A stretch of 64,000 nt of DNA from the human T2T-CHM13v2.0 reference genome, Homo sapiens, in NCBI RefSeq assembly GCF_009914755.1, contig NC_060932.1; one strand, given 5' to 3'. The translations under genes were made by a program, and so were the position numbers. Position 1 is the stretch's first letter, and each line of letters begins with the position of its first letter. Of the stretch, positions 1-14,602 are shown piece by piece. The notes under the pieces are model-generated. The model made no database searches and had not been told where the DNA came from. It worked only from the letters and a program-made list of their open reading frames with translations.

Positions 1-734
1 TAACTCTTTGCTATTGTGAACAGTGCTGCAATAAACATATGTGTGCATGTGTCTGTATAGTAGAATGATTTATAATCCTTTTGGTATATATCCAGTAATG
101 GGATTGCTGGGTCAAATGGTATTTCCGGTTCTAGATCCTTGAGGAATTGCAGTACTGTCTTCCACAATGGTTGAACTAATTTGCATTTTCACCAACAGTA
201 TAAAAGCCTTCCTATTTCTCCACATCCTCTCCAGCATCTGTTGTTTCCTGACTTTTTAATGATTGCCATTCTAACTGGCATGAGATGGTATCTCACTGTG
301 GTTTTGATTTGCATTTCTCTAATGACCAGTGATGATGAGCTTTTTTTCATATGCTTTTTGGCCGCATAAATATCTTTTTTTGAGAAATGTCTGTTCATAT
401 CCTTCAATCACTTTTTGATGTTTTTTTTTCTTGTAAATTTGTTTAAGTACCTTGTAGATTCTGGATGTTAGCCCTTTGTCAGATGGGTAGGTCGCAAAAT
501 TTTTCTCCCATTCTGTAGGTTGCCTGTTCACTTGGATGATGGTTTATTTTGCTGTGTAAAAGCTCTTTAGTTCAATTAGATACCATTTGTCAATTTTAAC
601 TTTTGTTGCCATTGCTTTTGGTGTTTTAGTAATGAAGTCTTTGCCTGTGCCTGTGTCCTGAATGGTATTGCCTACGTTTTCTTCTAGGATTTTCATGGTT
701 TCAGGCCTTGTGTTTAATTCTGTAATCCATCTTG
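1..734 (-). mobile_element. LINE-1 (L1PA7/8-like) 3' segment, ORF2 C-terminal region; continues off the left edge
   Basis: Minus-strand ORFs give L1 ORF2p C-terminal peptides ([13 protein letters not shown]; [30 protein letters not shown]). The segment ends at the reverse complement of CAAGATGGATT at 734. Confidence 0.93.
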
Positions 735-743
735 TGGTAAGCC

Positions 744-2117
744 CAGCCGAATTCTACCAGAGGTACAAAGAGGAGCTGGTACCATTTCTTCAGAAACTAT
801 TCCAAATAATAGAAATAGAGGGATTCCTCTCTACTCACTTTTATGAAGCCAGCATCATCCTGATACCAAAACCTGCCAGAGATACTACAAAAAAAATAAA
901 TAAAATTTCAGGCCAATATCCCTGATGAACATTGATGTGAAAATCCTCAATAAAATACTGGCAAACAGAATCCAGCAGCATATCAAAAAGCTCATCCACC
1001 ACAATCAAGTTGGCTTCATCCCTGGGATGCAAGGCTGGTTCAACATATGCAAATCAATAAACGGAATCCATCACATAAACAGAACCAATGACCAAAACCA
1101 CGATTATCTCAATAGATCCAGAAAAGGCCTTCAATGAAATTCAACACCACTTTATGCTAAAAACTCTCAATGAACTAGGTATTGATGGAATGCATCTGAA
1201 AATAATAAGAGCTGTTTATGACAAACCCACAGACAATATCATAATGAATGGGTAAAATCTGGACACATTCCCTTTGAAAACTGGCACAAGGCAAGGATGC
1301 CCTCTCTCACCACTCCTATTCAACATAATATTGGACGTTCTGGACAGGGCAATTAGGCAAGAGAAAGAAATAAAGCGTATTCAAATAGGAAGAGAGGAAG
1401 TCAAATTGTCTCTGTTTGCAGATGACATGATTATATATTTAGAAAACCCCATTGTCTCAGCCCAAAATCTCCTTAAGCTGATAATCAACTACAGGAAAGT
1501 CTCAGGATACAAAATCAATGTGTGAAAATCACAAGCATTCCTATACACCAATAATAGACAAAAAGAGAGCCAAATCATTAGTGAACCCCCTTTCACAATT
1601 GCTACAAAGAGAATAAAATACTTAGGAATACCACTTACAAGGGATATGAAGGACCTCTTCAAGGAGAATGACTAACCACTGCTTAAGGAAATAAGAGGGG
1701 ACACAAACAAATGGAAAAACATTCCATGCTCATGGATAGGAAGAATCAATATTGTGAAAATGGTTACAGATTCAATGCTATCTCCATCAAGCTACCACTG
1801 ACTTTCTTCACAGAATTAGAAAAAACTATTTTAAATTTCATATGGAACCAAAAAAGAGCCCGTATAGCCAAGATAAGCCTAAGCAAAAAGAATAAAGCTG
1901 GAGGCATCATGCTACCTGACTTGAAACTATACTACAAGACTACAGTAACCAAAATAGCATAGTACCAAAACAGATATATAGATCAATGGAACAAACAGAG
2001 GCCTCAGAAATAATGCCACACATCTACAACCATCTGATCTTTGACAAACCTGACAAAAACAAGAAATGGGTAAGGATTCCCTATTTAATAAATGGCATTG
2101 GGATAACTAGCTAGCCA
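744..2117 (+). mobile_element. Inverted 5' segment of the same L1PA (ORF2 reverse transcriptase region, disrupted)
   Basis: RT peptides are present ([15 protein letters not shown]-like, [30 protein letters not shown]), with stops and frameshifts. The segment ends at CTAGCCA, about 55 nt upstream in L1 coordinates of where the minus segment starts. Confidence 0.92.
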
Positions 2118-4660
<2,543 letters not shown>

Positions 4661-5047
4661 ATTTCATATAGTTCAACCTAAGAGCATAGCTATCTGAAAT
4701 ATTTCTTCCCTGCTACTACTCTTGGAACACATTTCTCCTTGTACCCAATCTTTTGGCTAGTGTGGTCCAAAAAAAGGAAATACATTTACATGGTTATATG
4801 TTATATTACTATTCCAGAAACACAGTTTCTTTAGTGTCATGTTTATTTTTGTAACCAGTAAGGAACAGCGCATCTTTCATTACTATAAATAGAAAATCTT
4901 ATCTGTGTTACTCTGTTCCTTAATATCAATGTGAAATACTAAGGGTAGTTCTAATGTATTTTCTAGGGGAAACTTCAGCATTTTTAGGCTAGGCTATTCT
5001 AAAAAAAAAAAAAATCAGATGCAAAGAAAAGCACTCGAAGTATCTTG

Positions 5048-5152
5048 AGAGGCTGAATAATAACCCTCTAAAAAGGTCCAGGTTCTAATCTTCAGAACCT
5101 GTGAACATGGCACTTTACATGGCAATGAGGACTTTGCAGATGTGATTAAGGA
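5048..5152 (+). mobile_element. MLT1 (MaLR) LTR 5' fragment
   Basis: GGCTGAATAAT...AGAACCTGTGAA...GGACTTTGCAGATGTGATTAAG matches the start of MLT1C/D-type LTRs. Confidence 0.7.
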
Positions 5153-5154
5153 CC

Positions 5155-5632
5155 TTATTGGGGTTTTAATTTGCATTTCTCAAGTTTTCTTTGGGTATAT
5201 ACCCAGTAATAGAATTGCTGGGTTGATAGTTCTTATTTAAATTCTTTGAGAAATCTCCAGACTGCTTTCCACAATGGCTGAACTAATTTGCATTCCCACC
5301 AGCAGTGTGTAAGTGTTCCCTTTTCTCCACAACCTTGTCAGCATCTGTTATTTTTTGACTTTTTAATAAATAACAATCTATGTGCACACACACATGTATA
5401 TGCTATTCTTGATTGTACATTTGTCTGTTATATACATTGTAAATATATTTACTCATTCAAATAAATAAATAAAAGCCATTCTGACTAGTGTGAGATGGTA
5501 TCTCATTGTGGTTTTGATTAGTGTTTTCCTAATGATGAGTGATGGTAAGTGTTTTTTTCATATGCTTTTTGCTCATACATATGTCTTCTATTGAGAAGTG
5601 TCTGTTCATGTCCTTTGCCCATTTTTTAGTGG
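5155..5632 (-). mobile_element. L1 ORF2 3' fragment (older L1P/L1MA), with a ~100 bp foreign insert
   Basis: Antisense L1 motifs GGGTATATACCCAGTAAT, CATTCCCACCAGCAGTG and GTGAGATGGTATCTCATTGTGG. Confidence 0.85.
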
Positions 5633-6089
5633 GCAAGCCCACTCATATTTGAATACACTCATATTTCACATTGGATTTCATCAAAATGTTGGAAGACTGC
5701 TATTGAGAAGTTCGTCCTCTCTATAGCATCATAGATATGGGATTACATCCAAGAATTTCACAGTCCCTGAAAATGTATCATGATTGTTCCAAATTGGTCA
5801 GGTAGCTTTATTCCCTGCATCACAGATTATTCTAAGATAAGTATGTGGTCAGATCAGACAATGGCACATATTGGGTATTATGCCATTTTTCTCACCATTA
5901 AAAAAATAATAAACGCACACAAAGAGAAAGTTACTATCCTGATTTGGTCACGGGTGTGTGAAGTAATAATAGGGCAGCCATCTTGCATCCATGAGTGACC
6001 AAGCCACAGTATGAAAGGCAAAAAGTTGAGGATAATATAGAGAATAATAGAACAAATTTGGGTTCTATAAGAACCCAAGTTCTTATAGA

Positions 6090-6452
6090 ACAAGTTTGTG
6101 TGGCTATAAGAAAATACCATAGATGAGGTTGCCTAATTAATTTATTATTATTTATTTTTTCACAGTTCTGGAGGCTGGGAGGCCAAGATCAGGATGTCAT
6201 CATGCCATGTTCTGGCAAGGATGTTTTTCCTGGTTTGTAGCCCTCTATTAATAACTGTGTATACCAGGCAAAGAGACATAGGGCTGTAGTCTCTTTCTCT
6301 TCTCAAAAAGACATTAATCCCAACATGGAGACCCTACCTTTATGATCTCATTAGACCTAATTACCTGTCAAAGACCCCAATCCCAAATGCCATCACATTC
6401 AGGGTTAGAGTTTCAACATATAAATTTTGGGGGGAAACATTCAGTCCATTAC
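6090..6452 (-). mobile_element. MLT1A/B-like MaLR solo LTR
   Basis: Contains CACAGTTCTGGAGGCTGGGA and ends GGGGAAACATTCAGTCCATTACA, the reverse complement of the MLT1A start. Confidence 0.8.
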
Positions 6453-7279
6453 AATTCTTCAAGCCACTTTTAGTTAAGCATTTTCTTACAGTCAGCCAAA
6501 AGAGTCCTAACATTTCTACCACAGTTCCTTCAATATTCTTCACATAAATTGTGTGCAAAACTTTTCACAGCCTTGGCTAATTTACATTTGTTTTTTATAA
6601 GTCATCTAAAACTCTTTTAAGAGTGAGGGCATGAACAGATGGCTTTGATCCAAGTCCAAACTGACAACACAGAGAGAGTGAGATTATGTCATTGTTCATT
6701 TTAGATTTTATAGTTCTATTCAGACTATGTTGTTACGGTTTTTTTCAGTTCAATTTTTTTAGCCCTTATTTGACTGAAAATAAATTCACCATTGATTCTC
6801 TAGCATTTGCTAAGATACAACTTATCAGTCCTACAATTACCCAGTTGCCTATTAGGACCCAAAGGTAGACTATTACCCTGTTGATCTTAGACCTGTTTAA
6901 TCTTTTTTAGATTTATCATTTTTTCTCTTACATTCAAATACACTTGAATTTTGATACAAATTGTTCCAAATACGCAATTTTTCTGTCAGCCACAGATGAT
7001 CCACAGATGTAATGAATGGGAACTTTTTAAATAAAGTCATTGTAGAAGACAGAGCTTTGTGTTACTCCCTCAGAATTCTTTCTTCAAGATCATAATGGTC
7101 CAATCATTCAGTTGGTTACAAATTCAAATAACTGAACAAGAATCTCCATTAGACTGATTACCTTTAAAGCCGAGATCAGAACTTATTTATTTTTGCCAGG
7201 TGTTGGGAATAAGGAGCATCTGATTTTTGGTGGGGACCAACAGAATGTTTAATACATTGGTCCTCACCCCTAATGCCTT

Positions 7280-7448
7280 TGTCCTCAACCCTGCCTGCCT
7301 GTTACCATGCTCAGTAAAGTCTTTATAAAATACCAGTGCCTCACTCCAGTCTAACTGAATCAGAACTTTAATTATTAGGCCCAGACACTGATATTTTTAA
7401 AGAGCTCTTCAGGTAATTCTATTGTATTGCTATATTTTCAAACCACTT
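7280..7448. mobile_element. MER5-type hAT DNA transposon relic
   Basis: CTGAATCAGAA...TTTTTAAAGAGCTCTTCAGGTAATTCT...AAACCACT pattern. Confidence 0.6.
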
Positions 7449-8319
7449 ATTTATTGAATAAATATTGCATGAACCTGACTCAACTTCTTTTATCATGTGC
7501 ATAAGATAATCATACACTAGATGTACCTTTTGTCATTTCCCTGCATCATATGCTGTTTTTACTTATAATACATGTAAATGTCTGCCTTTTCTGTTACATG
7601 GTAAGTTACTTTGGAATACAAACCGTGGTTTGTTTCCTGTAACAAACAGTATAGTATCTTCTTTGTAGTAGCTACTCAATACAGGCTTAATTAGAGCAAA
7701 AGAAGGATATTTATGAGCAAAGATTAAAAGTGATTTGCCTGTTCTTGGAAGAGATCAAATGGATGCTATACTTTTAAACTTTAGCTTTTAGTAATAATAC
7801 ACTATTTTTAGAATTTGTTTCCTTGCTGTTTTTTTTTTTTTCAGACAACCCCCCTCTCTTTGCTTGTTTGCTTGTTTTTCTAGCTTTCTGCTAATTGAAT
7901 GAGTGAGAACAGAGATTAGAGAGATTAGTCAATGTTTGGCAGAGAGATTTTTGAAGACAGAGAATTTCACCATGTGTCTGCCATATGTATGTCTGGTGTT
8001 TATACAGTGTGTATTTTGTCTAAGAATAAAAATTATACAACTTATGTGAATCCTTTTTTTCCATGGCAATTGAGAACATCAGTGTAGTTGAAGGGGTAAG
8101 AAAGATAAGAAATGATGTAGGAATGTATCAGAATACAACAGTGACTTAGAGTAGAATAAATCTAGAATGATTTTTTCTCAGCAGTTGAATAGTACATGGT
8201 TAGCGACCTGCTTGGTTTCTGTGTTTTGTTATTACTGACCAAAGCATCTTCTGATTATGATGCTTAGACACTCTCAAATAGATAACCTGACCACAAGAAG
8301 TGAAGAAAAGAAACTTCTA

Positions 8320-8625
<306 letters not shown>

Positions 8626-8991
8626 ACTTCCATATTGCAAGACAATGGAAAAGTTTCCTCATATTACAACCAAATAAGTTATCTACTTAAAAGACTTATG
8701 ACTTACTTTGGCACTTATTTTAAAATGTGATGTCATCAAGTTGGATTTCTTAAGCTTATAGACCAAGAGATTTCTATTTTACCATAAAAGCCCAGAATAA
8801 TAATGTTGGAAGATACTTTTTTAACCTCTGATTCCTATTCTCCTCATCAATATGAAGAAATTCAACCAGATTAGGTGACTTGTCCAAAGTCATATATCTG
8901 CATAAAAGCAGAGTCAGAATTAACTCTGGATTTTTAGATTTTCTTTTCATCTACATTGTCCGGTCTGCTTGCAGAAAGAGAACAGACTTTA

Positions 8992-9363
<372 letters not shown>

Positions 9364-9804
9364 TTAAAAATTTCTCTTTTCTGACTTTACCCAGATTTGA
9401 CACTTAATTGACTTGTGAGATTGCTGAATGTATCCTTCTCCTCAGCACCAAAATGGATATTATACAAATGAAATCCCTCAGGGCTTTGCTTTTTCTATTG
9501 CTAGGCTTTCTATGCACATCAATACTGCAATTCTAGTGGTTTCTTGAACAGCATGTTTTAAGATAATAAGTTAAAACTAAAATCATCACAGTCTTTTTTC
9601 ATAACTTTCACTAGGCACAATAAACAGTCAAGCAATTTTTTTAAAAATCACTATCAAGATGATTTATGAGCTTTAACCAATCATAGTAAGAAAAATTTTA
9701 ATTATTCGGTATAAAACATAGGTGTTGGATGAAATTTTCATGCCTATTCCGAATGATATATGGAAAAGAGTGAAAGATCTGATTTGAGTGGAGACTATTA
9801 TCCT

Positions 9805-10035
9805 TGGAGGCAGCATGTTGCACTGGAGAGACCAAGAAATTTGAAGTGAGATTGAACTTTGAGAATCAAACCCTGATAGGGCCACTCCAATTATATGCCA
9901 TTGTGGTACTTGCTTCACTTTCTATACTTCACTTTCTTCATCTGTAAATTGAGGAAAATAGGACCAGAATTCTTTTGAATGTTAAAGGAATATATGAAAA
10001 GGTACTATGAATATAGAAATCACTTAATAAATATT
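9805..10035 (+). mobile_element. MIR relic
   Basis: MIR core-like TTTCTTCATCTGTAAATTGAGG. Confidence 0.55.
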
Positions 10036-11124
10036 TCCTGAATGTATAGAGTCATATTGACCATAACCAATTCCCAGGAAAACAGCTAACATCAAGTTCT
10101 GATAAGATTCTGTGTAGGTTCTGTGAATGCCTTACTATGTTCAGCAGGCCCAGGATTAATTTTCTTAACAAAATAATGCCTCGTAAAATTAGACAAATTG
10201 TCTACTTTCAACTTACACATTTCTCATAAATAATAGCTTTTCTTTAGCTGCAAAGAATAACATTTTAACTCCACAAGAGCCACCCAAATAATTACATGTA
10301 AATCTTCTAAAATGGTTGTGACTATTGACTCCTTCTGGGGACAAAATAAGAAAAAGGCCATTAGTAATGAATGACCAAAATGAGGATTGAGTGAAAGACA
10401 GTATGCATCAATTGGCTTTAATATCTGGGGCACATGGTATACAGACAATGAATAATGTGATATTACTACCATTGTAAATGGTTCATAAACTATAGTCATG
10501 TCATGGCAGAGATCTTAGATTGCCATACTTGCTTTAAGTCAAGGTCAGTCCCTTGTGTGTTCCACCTACTTGATGTGTTCTCTGTTAGCATCTTGGCAGA
10601 TGGAAATTGAGGAAATGCTAGTTCTGTAGAGCTTACAGATAGGATTCTTGCCAGGACAAGCTTCTGTGTCTGAAAATGAGCAGGAAAAAGATTAGTAAGT
10701 GCTCTCCAAGACCTAGTTCCCTTTCCATAAAACTAGGCTGATTCCAAATGTATTCTTTCTGTATAAGAAAATAGAAAATAAAATGTCTTAAGAATTAATG
10801 ACATTTTCACAGTGACGCCTGACTCAATCAATATGCTAAGTAAGTATGATAGAGTTACTTGAAGATTGACTGAGGCAGAATGCCTACATTTCCTAAATTA
10901 TTGGCTTGGTATGTAAGAGACTATTCACTGGTCTCAGGGCCTATTTATGCTGCGTAAGGAAGTCAGAACTCTGGGAAAGTCAAGCCATAAACAAAAATTT
11001 CAGTTACTCTACACAGTAAATGAAACCCTCAGCTCCCCTGTCTGCTCTCAGTTTTTTGGCTATGATGAATAAAATAAATGAATATTACTAAATCAGCCAC
11101 ATGCCCAAAATTTATGTTTCTAGT

Positions 11125-12187
11125 CAAGAACAAGTGATAAGAACCAGGATTACTCTCATGCCTTAAACAACAAAAAAATGAATGAAAATATATGAAACAA
11201 CAATTCCCAACTGGAAAAGTTTCCAGGCCAAGGTACTAGAGGGAAAATCCAGATAGTTCCTGGGAGAATTCCTGAATTGCAAAGACAGAGCTGCAAGTCT
11301 GGCACAACCAAAGAAACTAGAGTCCAAAGAACAGAGTACCGGGCAGGAGAAAATTACAAAGACACAAAATCCCAGAGAGCTGAAGAGGATTCCTAAGTAT
11401 TTAGTATAGTACTAATTGGTATAGTACTAATAAAAACAGGTTTTACAGTTAACTACTCAAGTCTGGGGAAAGACCTACATAAAATGATAAGAAATAACAG
11501 TTCCTGGCACTCACAAGGAGCTACAAGTAGTGCCTGTTGCCTGTTTCAACAACCAGATTGGAAAACCTCATAATTCACAAGGCATTAAGAATACACAAAA
11601 GGGTCTACATTCAGTGCAGGAGCATGATTAGCCATATGTTGTTGATACAGTTTGGCTGTGTTCCTAACCGAATCTCATCTTGAATTGTAGCCCCCATAAT
11701 CCCCATGTGTCATGGGAGGGACCCAGTGGGAGGTAATTGAATCATAGGGGTCAGTTTTTCCTGGGCTTTTCTTGTGATAGTGACTAAATCTCATGAGATC
11801 TGATGGTTTTATAAAGGGCAGTTCCCCTGCACATTCTCTCTTGCCTGCCACCATGTAAGACATGCCTTTGCTCCTCTTTCACTGTCTGCCATGACTATGA
11901 AGCCTCCCTAGCCATGTGGAACTGTGAGTCTATTAAACCTCTTTTTCTTTATAAATTACCCAGTCTCAGGTACATCTTCAGAGCAGTATGAAAATGGACT
12001 AATAGAGTTGAGTATTGCTCTCATCTAGTCTTAATCAGTTTTAAAATCAACAAAGAAAGAATCACACTGATTCCAAGTAAAGTGAATGCATTTTGGAGTA
12101 AAGTGTAAGAATATTTGTAGGAATACAAATATATTTAGGACATTAAATATGCAATACCTGGATTCCAGTAAGAAATTGCCAGGCCTG
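11125..12187 (+). mobile_element. Old L1M (L1MC/ME-like) 5' region, interrupted by THE1 and by the full-length L1PA
   Basis: A-rich L1M 5'UTR-like sequence that resumes after the L1PA TSD at 18291. Confidence 0.6.
11643..12006 (+). mobile_element. THE1 (MaLR) solo LTR
   Basis: TGATACAGTTTGGCTGTG...AATCTCATCTTGAATTGTAG...GAAAATGGACTAATAGA, with a 5-bp TSD GTTGT/GTTGA. Confidence 0.92.
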
Positions 12188-12198
12188 GAGGCAGTTGA

Positions 12199-12208
12199 CA
12201 AGATGGCC
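12199..12208 (+). promoter_or_regulatory. YY1 motif of the L1 internal promoter (copy A)
   Basis: CAAGATGGCC at the canonical position near the L1 5' end. Confidence 0.7.
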
Positions 12209-13525
12209 AAATAGGAAGAGCTCCAGTCTGCAGCTCCCAATGAGATCAATGCAGAAGGTGGGTGATTTCTGCATTTCCAACTGCGGTACCCAGCTCATCT
12301 CGCTGGGACTGATTAGACAGTGGGTGCAGCCCACGAGGGTGAACAGAAGCAGGGTGGAGTGTCACCTCACCCAGGAAGCACAAGGGGTTGAGGAACTCCC
12401 TCCCCTAGCCAAGGGAAACTGGGAGGGACTGTGCCATGAGGAACAGTGCATTCTAGCTCAGATACTATGCTTTTCCCACCGTCTCTGCAACCCACAGATC
12501 AGGAGATCCCCTCCGGTGCCTACACCAGCAGGACCCTGGGTTTCAAGCACAAAACTGGGCGGCCATTTGGGCAGACACTGAGCTACCTGCAGGAGTTTCT
12601 TTTCATACCCCAGTGGCACCTGGAACACTAGTGAGACAGAGCCATTCATTTCCCTGGAAAGGGGCTGAAGCCAGGGAGCCAAGTGGTCTAGCTCAGTGGA
12701 TATCACCCCCATGGAGTCCAGCAAGCTAAGATCCACTGGCTTGAAACTCTTGCTGCCAGCACGGCAGTCTAAAATTGACCTGGGATGCTCCATCTTTGTG
12801 TGGGGAGGGGCCTCCACCATTACTGAGGCTTGAGTAGGTGTTTTCCCCCCATGGCATAGACAAAGCCACCGGGAAGTTCAAACTGGGCAGAGCCCACCAC
12901 AGCTTGGCAAAGTGGTGTAGCCAGACTGCCTCTCTAGACTCCTCCTCTCTGGGCAGAGCATCTCTGAAAGAAAAGCAGCAGCCCCAGTCAGGGGCTTATA
13001 GATAAAACGCCCATCTCCATGGGACAGAGCACCTGGGGGAAGGGGCGGCTGTGGGCACAGCTTCAGCAGACTTAAATGTTCCTGCCTGCCAGCTCTTAAG
13101 AGAGTAGCCGATCTCCCAGCACAGTGCTCGAGCTCTGCTAAGGGACAGACTACCTCTTCAAGTGGGTCCCTGACCCCAATGCCTCCTGACTGGGAGACAT
13201 CTCACAGCAGGGGTCAGTAGACACCTCACACAGGAGAGCTCCAGCTGGCAACTGGCAGATGCTCCTCTGTGACAAAGCTTCCAGAGGAAAGAACAGGCAG
13301 CAATCTTTGTTGTTCTGCAGCCTCCACTGATGATACCCAGGCAAACAGGGTCTGGAGTGGACCTCCAGCAAACTCCAGCAGACCTGCAGCAGAGGGGCCT
13401 GACTGTTAGAAGGAAAATTAACAAACAGAAAGGAATAGTGCCAACATCAACCAAAGCGATGTCCACACCAAAACCCCATCTGAAGGTCAACAACATCAAA
13501 GACCAAAGTAGATAAATCCATGAAG

Positions 13526-14545
13526 ATGGGGAGAAACCAGCACAAACGGGATGAAAACTGCAAAAACCAGAATGTCTCTTCTCCGAAGCACCACAACTCC
13601 TCGTCAGCAAGGGAACAAAACTGCATGGAGAATGAGTTTGACGAATTGACAGAAGTAGGCTTCAGAAGGTAGATAATAATAAACTCCTCCAAACTAAAGG
13701 AGCATGTTCTAACCCAATGCAAGGAAGCTAAGAACCTTGAAAAAAGATTAGACGAATTGCTAACTAGAATAACCAGTTTAGGGAAGAACATAAATGAACT
13801 GATGGAGCTGAAAAACAGCATGAGAACTTCCTGAAGCATACACACATATCAATAGCCGAATTGATCAAGTGGAAGAAAGGATATCAGAGATTGAAGATCA
13901 ACTTAATGAAATAAAGCATGAAGACAAGATTAGAGAAAAAAATGAAAAAGAAGAACAAAGCCTCCAAGAAATACGGAACTTATGAAAAGACCAAACCTAC
14001 ATTTGACTGGTGTAACTGAAAGTGATGGGGAGAATGGAACCAAGTTGGAAAACACTCTTCAGGATACTATCCAGGACAACTTCCCCAACCTGGCAAAGCA
14101 GGCTAACATTCAAATTCAGGAAATATAGAGAACACCACAAAGATAATCCTTGAGAAGAGCAAACCCAAGACACATAATCTTCAGATTCGCCAAGGTCGAA
14201 ATTAAGGAAAAAAATGTTAAGGGCAGCCAGAGAGAAAGGTCAGGTTACCTACAAAGGGAAGCCCATCAGACTAACAGTGGATCTCTCTGCAGAAAACCTA
14301 CAAGCCAGAAGAGAGTGGGGGCCAATATTCAACATTCTTAAAGAGAAGAATTTTCAACCCAGAATTTCATATCCAGCCAAATCAAGTTTCATAAATGAAG
14401 GAGAAATAAAATCCTTTACAGACAAGCAAATGCTGAGAGGTTTTGTCACCACCAGACCTGCCTTACAAGAGCTCCTGAAGGAAGCACTAAACATGGAAAG
14501 GAACAACCGGTACCAGTCACTGCAAAAACATACCAAATGTAAAGA
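13526..14545 (+). pseudogene. Disrupted L1 ORF1 (copy A)
   Basis: Peptides MLRAAREKGQVTYKGKPIRLTVDLSAENLQARREWGPIF...; multiple stops and frameshifts. Confidence 0.9.
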
Positions 14546-14602
14546 CCATTGACACTATGAAGAAACTGCATCAACTAATGGGCAAAATGAGCTAGCATCA
14601 TA

